Source: Verrucomicrobiia bacterium
GTDB taxonomy: Bacteria > Acidobacteriota > Terriglobia > Terriglobales > Acidobacteriaceae
Length of the DNA: 64,000 nt
Reading direction: 5' to 3'
Assembly: GCA_035508215.1 (NCBI GenBank)
Contig: DATJNK010000012.1
Coordinates: 32,007-96,006, forward strand
Numbering within the stretch: the stretch's first letter is position 1; the number at the start of each line of letters is the position of its first letter. Shown piece by piece: positions 55,701 to 63,433 of this stretch. The position numbers were made by a program, and so were the translations under genes. The notes below the pieces were generated by a model. The model searched no databases. It was not told the DNA's origin and saw only the letters and a list, made by a program, of their open reading frames with translations.

Positions 55701-55811
55701 CAGCAGCGTGGGATCGTTCGCCGGAACCAGCGACGAGGAGTGCACTTCCTTGTGCCTTTTCTGCACAAAGAAATCCAGGAATTTTCTGCGAATTTCCGAA
55801 CCGGTTGGCAT
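52758..55811 (-). CDS. alaS: alanine--tRNA ligase
   Basis: [11 protein letters not shown] and [18 protein letters not shown] (class II core), editing-domain HTATHLLH, and C-terminal [14 protein letters not shown]. 1017 aa. Confidence 0.95.
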   Translation of the reverse strand: MPTGSEIRRKFLDFFVQKRHKEVHSSSLVPANDPTLLFTNAGMNQFKDVFLGLETRGYSRATTSQKCVRAGGKHNDLENVGFTNRHHTFFEMLGNFSFGDYFKKDAIAYAWELITSPEWFGIPKDKLYVTIFNGEGGVPRDAEADELWLGQGVPKNRIFEFGLKDNFWQMGDTGPCGPCSEIHYDMGPAASDQGHTDCAFGCDCGRYVELWNLVFMQFDRDASGKLTPLPKPSIDTGMGLERVAAVLQGVISNYETDLFTPLIKRAAELTGTSLKKELKKEEHTKSAASLRVIADHSRAATFLISDGVLPSNEGRGYVLRKIIRRAITHGRLLGQRELFFYHMVPEVVRLMTQPAQHRPYPELLHSEERVQKVLHEEEKRFAQTMDVGFAKLEESLGDVKRRSPRFVEYFVEKGLGGAATSLHTKLSFLSAEKNLANTPEPELQQALQELFGSELAGPAMTYIVAQDLMKHPTLSGEDAFKLYDTFGMPLDFMQDAARDQGIAFDQEGFDRAMAEQKARARASWKGAAKQTANPAYQQLPKSQFEGYKQTRSDGCEVLAIIRNGQGVRELKAGEEGEVILDHTPFYAESGGQVGDQGWLVQTGRHLPSAGSDIRVEYLGFSDAPYVMSDVKGCYYPIQGVRAHLVFVKHPIRIGDKVDAVVNTDIREATMRNHTATHLLHAGLREVLGKHVKQAGSLVAPNHLRFDFSHFAAVEDEELQDIEDIINKEVLRNQKVEVIESVPIDVAVNEYHAMALFGEKYGDRVRVIRIGDFSTELCGGTHTRATGEIGLIKILKEGSVSSGVRRVEAITGEGSVQHFRRDHQLENVVSAFVSPALARPTLTANGAVQGGATTSSADSDGEGFSPAEALKAELEKKDAEIKRLTRELDQARMKSATSSTANIGEKIREVKGVKVLAHRVDNLERAQMRTLVDQLRDKIGSGVVVLGSATDGNVALIVGVTKDLTTRVQAGKVVGKVAEKVGGKGGGRPDLAEAGGKDAGALDAALDAAYSVVEGLLA

Positions 55812-56042
55812 GAATAGGTAATTCTAAATGATCGACGGCAGAACTCCCCTTCGGCGCGGTCCCCGGCGGAAGCCCGAGAGTTCGCCGTTCATGCGTTGGC
55901 GTCTCCCGTGGCGCCGCATTTGTGCCAGCGGCGCGAGGGATGTCCTGCGTTGGAGCTCGGCTTTGGAAAGATCCTTCGGGCCCGCCGGTGAAAGCGCGGG
56001 CCTTCATGCTCTGCTTGCTTGATCGAGCCGGGTTGCCTCGAG

Positions 56043-56552
56043 CTACTTCACCGCGTCGCCGGTTTTCTCGGTGCCCTTCTTAACCTCGTGGCCCATGCCC
56101 TTGACGCCCTTCTTGATGCCGCTGCCCGTTTTCTTCGCGGTCTTCTCGGTCGCCTTGCCGGTCTTATCCGCGGCCTTCTCCGTGTCCTTGGTGGCGGTCT
56201 TGGCGCCCTTCTCCGTGTCCTTGGTGGCGGTCTTGGCGCCCTTCTCGGTGTCCTTGGCCGCGGCTTTCGTATCCTTCGACGTAGTCTTGGCCACTTTCTT
56301 GGTGGCGTGCTCGGTCTTCTTGGCGCCCTTCTCGGTATCTTTGGTCGCCGTCTTGGCGCCCTTCTCGGTATCCTTGGTCGCCGTCTTGGTGCCCTTCGCC
56401 GTATCCTTTTCCGTGGTCTTGGCAGCGTGCTTCATTTCGCTGCCGGCGCCGCTGGACTTCTCCTGGCCCGTGCTCCCTGTGTTCTGTCCGTATACCAGCG
56501 GCACCGCGCTCAGCATAGCTGCCATCAGCGTAACTGCCCATTTCGTTTTCAT
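56043..56552 (-). CDS. secreted Lys/Thr-rich 11-mer repeat protein (LEA/apolipoprotein-like)
   Basis: Signal peptide MKTKWAVTLMAAMLSAVPLVYG, followed by about 11 tandem 11-residue repeats (consensus AKTATKDTEKG). These are encoded by 33-bp DNA repeats. Confidence 0.65.
   Translation of the reverse strand: MKTKWAVTLMAAMLSAVPLVYGQNTGSTGQEKSSGAGSEMKHAAKTTEKDTAKGTKTATKDTEKGAKTATKDTEKGAKKTEHATKKVAKTTSKDTKAAAKDTEKGAKTATKDTEKGAKTATKDTEKAADKTGKATEKTAKKTGSGIKKGVKGMGHEVKKGTEKTGDAVK
56174..56392. repeat. 33-bp tandem coding repeats
   Basis: The units at 56174-56206 and 56207-56239 are identical. The units at 56327-56359 and 56360-56392 differ at 2 positions. Degenerate copies lie between and beside them. 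They encode the 11-residue repeats of the 56043-56552 protein. Confidence 0.85.
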
Positions 56553-56777
56553 AGCCCCTCCTCAAGAATGAGCCCGTCTCAAGTCTGGAGTATGCGACAT
56601 TTTCTCCCCGGCCGCAACGGAACGTTCACTCCGGCAGTGGGTCAGTTTGATTTCCACAATGAACGAAAGGCGCCAAACAAAACCAGGCAGTCAATCCCCA
56701 GCGCCCACAGCCACATGAATGCTCCCATGCAGCGGTGCACCTCTCAGACCCTCTTGACGATTTGTGTAAATCGTGAT

Positions 56778-56809
56778 ATGACTATGGTCATTTATGACTG
56801 TGGTCATTT
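56778..56809. promoter_or_regulatory. tandem TetR-type operator (two 16-bp direct repeats, each containing ATGAC-N4-GTCAT)
   Basis: ATGACTATGGTCATTT and ATGACTGTGGTCATTT are directly adjacent. The second copy contains the predicted TetR ATG. A TTGACG (56754-59) / 17 nt / TATGAC (56777-82) promoter-like pair overlaps the first copy. Confidence 0.55.
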
Positions 56810-57408
56810 CAAGACGAAAACGCAAGAAAACTGCAATCCGGGCCCAGATTTTGACTACCGCTATGAAACTCTTCTCGCGCCATGGCCTCGACGCAGTAAC
56901 TGTCGACCAGATTGCGGAAGCGGCCGATGTCGGCAAGGGCACAATCTATAACTACTTCAAGACCAAAGAAGACGTAGTGGTTGCCTTCATGGCGGACATC
57001 GAGTCGAGAGTGCAATCAAAGCTTGGCCGCCTGGTTGCGAGTGCGGGTCCGCTGGAGCTGATTCTGGCTCAATTTATCGAATTCCAGTTTCGGCTCAAGA
57101 AGCAGTACCACCAGTTCGTGCGGGTCGTCTTGGGGCAAATGTTCGTCCATACGGAGCATTTTCTGCCTTACATGATCGAAATGCAGAAGGTGATTGATCC
57201 GCAACTGGAGGCGTTATTGCTTCGGCTGCAGAAACGAGGATTAGTGCGGGGGGACATCGATCTTTCGCAGCTGATGCTGGTCTTCAAGACCATGCATTTG
57301 GGATTGACCGCACTCTGGGCGATCGAGGGACCACCTTTCCGTCAAACCACTGAAACACTACGTCAGGAGATGAAGTTCTTCTGCGAAGGGATAGGGACGA
57401 AATCATGA
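56794..57408 (+). CDS. TetR/AcrR-family transcriptional regulator
   Basis: N-terminal HTH RAQILTTAMKLFSRHGLDAVTVDQIAEAADVGKGTIYNYFKTKEDV. 204 aa. Confidence 0.85.
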   Translation: MTVVISRRKRKKTAIRAQILTTAMKLFSRHGLDAVTVDQIAEAADVGKGTIYNYFKTKEDVVVAFMADIESRVQSKLGRLVASAGPLELILAQFIEFQFRLKKQYHQFVRVVLGQMFVHTEHFLPYMIEMQKVIDPQLEALLLRLQKRGLVRGDIDLSQLMLVFKTMHLGLTALWAIEGPPFRQTTETLRQEMKFFCEGIGTKS

Positions 57409-58289
57409 GTAAGATCAGCGCAATCCTTCTAGCTTTGTGCACTTGTTCCACTCTGCTGACCGCGCAAACCCCCGCCGCAACCCACAATCCACTGCTTCGT
57501 CAATATCGCGCTGGCGAGACTCTGGTCTGGCGGATGAAGGGTGTCAACGAGAACTGGCACTACGAAATCCGGGCAGACGGCATCGTGAAAAAGGATTCGG
57601 CAGGAGCGTACTTCGAGGAATACCGCTGGTCGAATATGCTCTCGGACAATCAGCCCGTCACGCTCACGCCCGCAAGCATGGAATTCCGCCAGCAGCTTTC
57701 CCTCGACCCCAACTTCAATCCCGCTATGCCAAAACTGGGCCAGGTAGATCCGAAACTGATCGGGCCGATCACTGATCTGATGACCTTCTATGTGGATCTT
57801 TGGCTGGCCGTGAAGACGGGACAGTTAGTTCACGCCGGCGACCATTTTTATGTCAAGAACGGTACGCCGAATTCATGGGCAGATGGTACCTATGTGCTTA
57901 CAGGGCAAAGCGCCATTGATTTCGATATGACTCTAAAGGCGCTGGATCATGCGGATAACACGGCGATCGTTTTGATTCGCCACGTCCCGCCGGAACCGTC
58001 TCAAATCCGGATGCCTGCCACGTGGATGGAGAAGCCCATTGCGGATACACCGAATAACTGGGTGATGGTCTCAAAGACGCCCGACGGTAAGTACGTGGCT
58101 GGAGTGGGCAAAGAGACATTCGACGTCGAAATGAAAGTGAGTCTAGAGGATGGAAGAATACTAGGCGGCAGCATGGACAATCTGGTCAAGACCGTGATGC
58201 GGCAATGCGAGGACCAGACCCTAACGAAATGCAGTGACCCGATGCCTCATCCAATCAGCCGGAAGATTGAGATCTCGCTGGCGCCTTGA
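57405..58289 (+). CDS. hypothetical secreted protein
   Basis: Signal peptide MSKISAILLALCTCSTLLTAQ. Its start overlaps the TetR stop by 4 nt (ATGA). I recognise no family. Confidence 0.6.
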   Translation: MSKISAILLALCTCSTLLTAQTPAATHNPLLRQYRAGETLVWRMKGVNENWHYEIRADGIVKKDSAGAYFEEYRWSNMLSDNQPVTLTPASMEFRQQLSLDPNFNPAMPKLGQVDPKLIGPITDLMTFYVDLWLAVKTGQLVHAGDHFYVKNGTPNSWADGTYVLTGQSAIDFDMTLKALDHADNTAIVLIRHVPPEPSQIRMPATWMEKPIADTPNNWVMVSKTPDGKYVAGVGKETFDVEMKVSLEDGRILGGSMDNLVKTVMRQCEDQTLTKCSDPMPHPISRKIEISLAP

Positions 58290-58442
58290 TTCCGTCTCTG
58301 CGCCGATCTTTCGATTTTCCGGCAGCAGGCCGCACATTTCCTCCACGCTCCGAACGTGATCTGAGCTACCCGCTTCCATTGCCGGGTGACTTTCAGCGTT
58401 TGGTGAACGCGGCCGACATCGTGATACATGACCCGCTGCCGT

Positions 58443-58988
58443 TCACTCCGCGCCGCTGTCGTTCTCCAGCGCGCTCAGGGTTTCGTCATCCACGTCCCAC
58501 TTTTTCAGGATGGTGAAAATTGTCTTGCTGCGGAACCCGGCGCGCAGCAACTGGCGAAAGATGCGCGCCGTCTCCTTCTCGTTTTTCGGCTTCTCCAGCC
58601 GCTTCTTTCGCAGGTATTCGCGCGCCTGCTTCTCTTCATTCACGCCTTCAAATGCCGTGTCGATCGCTTTCTCGATCACTTCGCCATGGACGCCCTTGGC
58701 TTTGAGTTCGGTGACAATCCGCATCCGGCCATAACGCTGGTTGTCGCGCCGCATCGAGGAGTAGGCTGCCGCATATTGCGAATCGTTGACGTATCCCTGA
58801 TCCTTCAATCTCCGGATCACCAACTCCACCAGCGTTTGCCCATATTCGGAGCCGGCATCCTCGATCCGGGCGCGCATCATCCGCTTCAATTCGGCAACCG
58901 TACGCATCCGCCGCGCCAGGGCGCCGACCGCGTATTCGTAGAGTTCGTCTTCGGAATAGCTGCGTTTCCTGGGACGCGCGAATGCCAT
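58443..58988 (-). CDS. recX: recombination regulator RecX
   Basis: 181 aa. It shows the three-fold helical repeat pattern (YAVGALARRMRTVAELKRMM, LKDQGYVNDSQYAAAY, LKAKGVHGEVIEKAI) typical of RecX. Confidence 0.8.
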   Translation of the reverse strand: MAFARPRKRSYSEDELYEYAVGALARRMRTVAELKRMMRARIEDAGSEYGQTLVELVIRRLKDQGYVNDSQYAAAYSSMRRDNQRYGRMRIVTELKAKGVHGEVIEKAIDTAFEGVNEEKQAREYLRKKRLEKPKNEKETARIFRQLLRAGFRSKTIFTILKKWDVDDETLSALENDSGAE

Positions 58989-59038
58989 ACGCTAACTCTA
59001 GCGCAAAAGAGAGCCCATGACTGCTTCCGGCGGGGCAG

Positions 59039-59066
59039 AAAAAAGGGGCGCGTTATTCACGCGCCC
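59039..59066 (-). terminator. Rho-independent terminator after pilT
   Basis: On the minus strand, the GGGCGCG-tgaataa-CGCGCCC stem-loop is followed by CTTTTTT, about 65 nt downstream of the pilT stop. Confidence 0.7.
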
Positions 59067-59131
59067 GTTCAAGGAGACAACCCCAATTACGAAGGCGAAT
59101 CCCGAATTTCCAGGACAGCGGGCGGTCCCGG

Positions 59132-60256
59132 CTAGCGGCCGCCAAATCCCGCGGATTGCATCGACTGCCGCGAGATGTCGGCGGTCGAAGCGATGCCCTG
59201 CATACGCAGCTTGAAGTCGTCGGCGTTGGAAGCGTTCTCCAGAGCCGTTTCGTAGTTCACCAGCCCGGCCTGGAACAGATCCCAAAGCGACTGATCGAAC
59301 GTCTGCATGCCGTATTGCGACGTGCCCGCCGCGATGGCATCGCGGATGGCGCGGGTCTTTTCCGGCACCAGCACGCACTCGCGGATGTATGCGGTATTGA
59401 TCATGACTTCCACGGCGGGCACGCGCCCTTCCGCGTCGCAGCGCCGGACCAGGCGCTGGCTGATGATGGCTCGCAGCACTGCCGCCAGCTGCATGCGAAT
59501 CTGTTTCTGCTCCGGCGGAGGGAAGATGGAAATCACGCGGTTGATGGTTTCCACCGCGTCCAGAGTGTGCAACGTCGAGAAGACCATGTGACCGGTTTCG
59601 GCCGCGTGCAGGGCGGTCGAGATCGTCTCCAGGTCTCGCATTTCGCCGACCAGGATGACGTCCGGATCCTGACGCAAGGAAGCTCGCAGCGCCGCGCCAA
59701 ACGATGGGGTGTCGACTCCAATCTCGCGCTGGTTGACGTATCCCTTCTTGTCGCGGTGCAGGAATTCGATCGGGTCTTCGATGGTGATGATGTGTTCCGC
59801 CCGCGAGGAGTTCACGCGATCGACCATCGCGGCCAGCGTGGTGGACTTACCGGAACCGGTCACGCCCGTGACCAGCACCAGGCCTCGCGGCATGTCGCAA
59901 ATCTGCTCCACCACCTTGGGCAGGAAGAGTTCGTCGAGAGCCCGAATCTTGGTGGGAATGACGCGCAGCACCAGCCCCACGTTGCCGCGCTGCTGGAAAA
60001 TGTTCACACGGAAACGTCCCAGGCCGGCCACGCCGTACGCCATATCGATTTCCGTGGTTTCTTTGAACTTCTGCTTCTGCCGCGCCGACATCATGCTGAA
60101 CGCCATGTTCAGCATGTCTTCCGCGCTGATCCGTGGCTGGTCCGTCAGCGGCACCAGTTCGCCGTCAATCCGCAGATGCGGATAGTTCCCGACCTTCAGG
60201 TGCAAGTCGCTGGCTCGCCGTTCCGTCGCAATCCGTAGCAGATCGTCAATATTCAT
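59132..60256 (-). CDS. pilT: type IV pilus twitching-motility ATPase PilT
   Basis: ASDLHL, Walker A GVTGSGKST, Asp box, Walker B ILVGEMRD, His box TGHMVFSTLHT. Start set at ATG 60256 (MNIDDLL). Confidence 0.9.
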   Translation of the reverse strand: MNIDDLLRIATERRASDLHLKVGNYPHLRIDGELVPLTDQPRISAEDMLNMAFSMMSARQKQKFKETTEIDMAYGVAGLGRFRVNIFQQRGNVGLVLRVIPTKIRALDELFLPKVVEQICDMPRGLVLVTGVTGSGKSTTLAAMVDRVNSSRAEHIITIEDPIEFLHRDKKGYVNQREIGVDTPSFGAALRASLRQDPDVILVGEMRDLETISTALHAAETGHMVFSTLHTLDAVETINRVISIFPPPEQKQIRMQLAAVLRAIISQRLVRRCDAEGRVPAVEVMINTAYIRECVLVPEKTRAIRDAIAAGTSQYGMQTFDQSLWDLFQAGLVNYETALENASNADDFKLRMQGIASTADISRQSMQSAGFGGR

Positions 60257-60444
60257 GGAGAATGTCCGTTCAGAGCCGCGGAGGTGATGTGACCGCAACG
60301 ATCCGACTGCGGAGCCGGACCCAGCCCTGACGCTCTTCTAGCATCATCACCCGAGTCGTCACCTTCCCCAAGATGACCTAGGTAATGGCCGCATCCTGGC
60401 TAACGGACAGGCCTTTTCGTGCCCATTCCCCGCAGCCGTTCTCT

Positions 60445-60475
60445 AATAAGAAAGCCGCCCCGGGAAGGGGCGGCT
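60445..60475 (-). terminator. Rho-independent terminator after the DinB-family gene
   Basis: On the minus strand, AGCCGCCCC-ttccc-GGGGCGGCT is followed by TTCTTATT, 20 nt after the stop. Confidence 0.7.
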
Positions 60476-60494
60476 TGGATCAGGATCGCAAGGC

Positions 60495-61019
60495 CTACGC
60501 CGCGGTCTCGGCTGGCGGGACAAAGGGTTCGTCATAGCTTCCCCCATAGATCGACGGGACTTTCGCGCCCATCGGCCGGAGATATGTCGCCAGTTGGCCG
60601 CGATGATGGACGTGGTGGTTGTTCAGGAATCCCAAGTAGAAGACGGCAGGCATGTTGAAGACGCCGAAGAACATAACCGGCGTCAGCAACTGTTCCGGCG
60701 TCATCGCCGCTACCCGGGCGATGCCCCGTTTCAGGTTCTCGTCATACCAGGCCAGCACGCCGGCGGAGGTCTGCGGTTGCGTGGGCGAGTCCATGCCGAA
60801 CTTTAGGTCGGCAATGCCATCCAGGAACTGAACATCGACTTCCGCGATGTGCCACGCCAGGTCCTTGGCGGAGCGCGCGCAGGGATCGGGCCGGTAGTCC
60901 GACTTCGCATCCGGCACTGCAGCAATCACCTTTTTCGTTGTCTCCGCTTCGCGCGCGATGCCATCCAGCATCATGGCGCGATAGCCGAGCGCAAATTCAG
61001 GAGTCAGGCCTTCAGACAT
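60495..61019 (-). CDS. DinB-family (DinB_2-like) metal-dependent protein
   Basis: 174 aa from ATG 61019, which has an AAGGAGGAAA RBS. AWHIAEVDVQF and HHVHHRGQLATYLR are typical of the DinB four-helix-bundle family. The upstream part of the ORF-track frame (to 61661) overlaps ilvE and is not coding. Confidence 0.8.
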   Translation of the reverse strand: MSEGLTPEFALGYRAMMLDGIAREAETTKKVIAAVPDAKSDYRPDPCARSAKDLAWHIAEVDVQFLDGIADLKFGMDSPTQPQTSAGVLAWYDENLKRGIARVAAMTPEQLLTPVMFFGVFNMPAVFYLGFLNNHHVHHRGQLATYLRPMGAKVPSIYGGSYDEPFVPPAETAA

Positions 61020-61074
61020 ATTTCCTCCTTGCACAGAGTGAGTATTGGTTTTGTTTTTTTCGGGCCGAGAAGCC

Positions 61075-61111
61075 AAAGGGGCGACGGCTGTTTCGGAAAA
61101 CGCCGCGCCCC
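61075..61111 (-). terminator. terminator-like long hairpin after ilvE
   Basis: On the minus strand, GGGGCGCGGCGTTT-tccg-AAACaGCCGtCGCCCC is followed by TTTGG, about 20 nt downstream of the ilvE stop. Confidence 0.5.
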
Positions 61112-61132
61112 TGGCTCGGATTGACCGCCGAA

Positions 61133-62077
61133 TTATACCCCGACCGGCTGCTTGCTGCGCGTGGGTACCGGAGTCAGCCAGCCGTAGCGGTCTGACTTCT
61201 CGCCGCGCACGATGGCGTAGAACTCTTTTTGCAGAGTCTTTGTAATCGGGCCCATCCCGCCTTTGCCCACGTTGATTTTGTCCACCGTGCGGATGGGGGT
61301 GACTTCGGCCGCGGTGCCGGTGAAGAAGGCCTCGTCGGCTAGATACAGCATCTCGCGAGGAATCATCTGCTCGACGATGGGAACGCCCAAGTCGCGGGCA
61401 ATCTGCAGCACGGAATCGCGGGTGATGCCGGGCAGCACGGAGTTGCCCAGGGGCGCAGTGATCAGCCGGTCGCGATGCACGATGAACAGGTTCTCTCCCG
61501 AGCCTTCGCTGACGAACCCGTTGGCGTCGAGCGCGATGCCCTCGGCATAGCCGTTCACCACCGCTTCCATCTTGATCAGCTGCGAGTTCATGTAATTGGC
61601 GCCGGCCTTGGCCATGGCGGGCAGCGTGTTGGGAGCCAGACGCGTCCATGAGGAGACGCACACGTCGCAGCCTTCACCATCGCCGCTCAAGTACTTTCCC
61701 CACGGATAGTTGATGATGTAGACCTCGGTTGGCGAGTTGAACGGATTCACTCCCGCTTCGCCATATCCGCGCAGCACGATCGGGCGGATATAACACGGCC
61801 ACACGCCATTGTGGCCGACCGTTTCCAGCATCCCCTTAACGACCTCATCGCGGCTAAAGGGCACGTCAATGCGGTAGACCTTGGCCGAGTCAAGCAGCCT
61901 CTGGATGTGCTCACTGGCCCGGAAAATGGCCGGACCGGACGGCAGGGCGTAGCAGCGGATGCCTTCGAACACCGAAGACCCATAGTGGATTACGTGGGAC
62001 ATGACGTGGATGGTGGCGTCGTCCCAGTTGATGAGCTTGCCGTTATGCCAGATCTTGTCGGTCTTCTGGATGGCCAT
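61133..62077 (-). CDS. ilvE: branched-chain amino acid aminotransferase
   Basis: IWHNGKLINWDDATIHVMSHVIHYGSSVFEGIRCY and the PLP class IV motif EGSGENLF...PGITR. AGGAG RBS upstream. Confidence 0.92.
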   Translation of the reverse strand: MAIQKTDKIWHNGKLINWDDATIHVMSHVIHYGSSVFEGIRCYALPSGPAIFRASEHIQRLLDSAKVYRIDVPFSRDEVVKGMLETVGHNGVWPCYIRPIVLRGYGEAGVNPFNSPTEVYIINYPWGKYLSGDGEGCDVCVSSWTRLAPNTLPAMAKAGANYMNSQLIKMEAVVNGYAEGIALDANGFVSEGSGENLFIVHRDRLITAPLGNSVLPGITRDSVLQIARDLGVPIVEQMIPREMLYLADEAFFTGTAAEVTPIRTVDKINVGKGGMGPITKTLQKEFYAIVRGEKSDRYGWLTPVPTRSKQPVGV

Positions 62078-62181
62078 CGAAACTCCTTCTCGGCAGGGGT
62101 CGTTGCTTCAACATTATAGCGCGCCGGGCCGGACGGGCCAGGTCCGGCGACCGGGAGAGCCAGAGAACTGGCCCGGCCTAA

Positions 62182-62236
62182 ATGTTCCGTAAGGAACATA
62201 AGCGAAGTTTGCAGAAATGTTCCTTGCGGAACATTT
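62182..62236. promoter_or_regulatory. two related perfect palindromes (ATGTTCC-N4-GGAACAT) in the ilvE / isoaspartyl-peptidase divergent intergenic region
   Basis: ATGTTCCgtaaGGAACAT at 62182-62199 and AAATGTTCCttgcGGAACATTT at 62215-62236, 35 bp centre to centre, in an unusually AT-rich spacer. Confidence 0.5.
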
Positions 62237-62433
62237 TGCCGTACATGGCAGTACATACAATATTATACATAAGTAGATAAACCGTTCCGATTGTGTGGGT
62301 TGCGGGCTGCCGAAATATCGGCAGGAAGGTGTGCCCCGCCCGGGAGGGATTGCCCGGGCGGGTATTCCGCCAGCCCGGGCCGAGCTCCTGCTATGCTAAG
62401 CAATTACTCTCCCTTGGGAACTCACTGCCGAAA

Positions 62434-63378
62434 ATGCCTACTGACCCGGTACTGGTTGTGCACGGCGGCGCCTGGGCCATGCCCGACGACATGGTCGAGG
62501 CCCACATCCGGGGTGTCAAGAATGCCCTGGCCGCTGGATGGCGCGCGCTGGAGCGCGGTGGCTCGGCGCTCGATGCAGTCGAAGCAGCGGTCGTCGTCAT
62601 GGAAGACGACGAAACCTTTGACGCCGGCCGCGGAAGCTTCCTGAATCGCGATGGCAGAGTCCAGCTCGATGCCCTCATCATGGACGGAGCTACGCTGCGC
62701 GCGGGCGGTGTGGGATGCGTGGAGCATCTGCGGAATCCGATCCGGGCGGCGCGGAAAATCCTGAGCGAGAGCCCGCACGTCTACTTTGTGGGCGAAGGCG
62801 CCGAAAACTTTGCCGCACTGCACGGAATTGCGCTCTGCAAGAACGAAGAACTCGTCATTCCGCGCGAGGTGGAGCGACTGCGCGCCTATCAGGCCGCGCA
62901 GGCGGGATCGAAGCCGGACGGCAACGATCTATTTGCGCCCAGTTCCGATGACGTGACGATTTCGCACGATACAGTGGGCGCGGTCGCTCTCGATCGCGAG
63001 GGCAATATTGCCGCCGCCACTTCCACCGGCGGCACACTCAACAAGGCTCCGGGCCGGCTTGGCGACTCGTCATTGATCGGATGCGGCTGTTATGCCGACA
63101 ATGAGAGCGCAGCGGCATCGACGACCGGCTGGGGCGAGCCGATCATGAAGCTGGTGCTCGCCAAATGGACCGCCGACCGTATCGCCGCCGGCAATCTGCC
63201 CGAGTGGTCGGCCCAGGAAGCGATGAACTATCTGAAGCAGCGGGTCAACGGACACGGGGGCATTATCGTGCTCAACCGCGAAGGCCACATCGGCATCGCC
63301 CACAACACCCCGCGCATGGCCTGGGGTTTTAAGACCGGGAAGGTGGAAGAAACAGGAATAGAGAGAAGCGCTGTCTGA
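62434..63378 (+). CDS. isoaspartyl peptidase / L-asparaginase (Ntn hydrolase, plant-type)
   Basis: VLVVHGGAW, the autoprocessing site HDTVGAVALD, and GAATSTGG. Start set at ATG 62434. Confidence 0.85.
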   Translation: MPTDPVLVVHGGAWAMPDDMVEAHIRGVKNALAAGWRALERGGSALDAVEAAVVVMEDDETFDAGRGSFLNRDGRVQLDALIMDGATLRAGGVGCVEHLRNPIRAARKILSESPHVYFVGEGAENFAALHGIALCKNEELVIPREVERLRAYQAAQAGSKPDGNDLFAPSSDDVTISHDTVGAVALDREGNIAAATSTGGTLNKAPGRLGDSSLIGCGCYADNESAAASTTGWGEPIMKLVLAKWTADRIAAGNLPEWSAQEAMNYLKQRVNGHGGIIVLNREGHIGIAHNTPRMAWGFKTGKVEETGIERSAV

Positions 63379-63433
63379 CGCCAGTATCGCTATGGCGTCG
63401 TTCTTCGAATCGAGCTTGCCCCGAAGATAGACC

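Noticed and set aside
55913-55927. Sigma-54-like element upstream of alaS on the minus strand (TGGCAC-aaatg-CGGCG).
   Set aside because: The GG/GC spacing is correct, but the -12 region lacks TTGC. alaS is not an expected sigma-54 target, and chance matches are likely in GC-rich DNA.
56019-56951. 310-aa plus-strand ORF with LGALLRVLGGGLGALL repeats, opposite the 11-mer repeat protein.
   Set aside because: It is the mirror image of the 33-bp repeats. It has no signal or start context. It also runs through the TetR operator and promoter and into the TetR gene in another frame.
58443-60256. recX lying downstream of pilT, rather than recA, as a possible functional link.
   Set aside because: A strong Rho-independent terminator (59039-59066) separates pilT from recX. 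This is most simply a lineage-specific gene order.
61020-61661. N-terminal extension of ORF 60495-61661 (388 aa), overlapping ilvE.
   Set aside because: The DinB-family homology starts at the internal ATG 61019, which has a strong RBS. The upstream part is Arg/Gly-rich, spans a terminator-like hairpin and overlaps the ilvE coding region.
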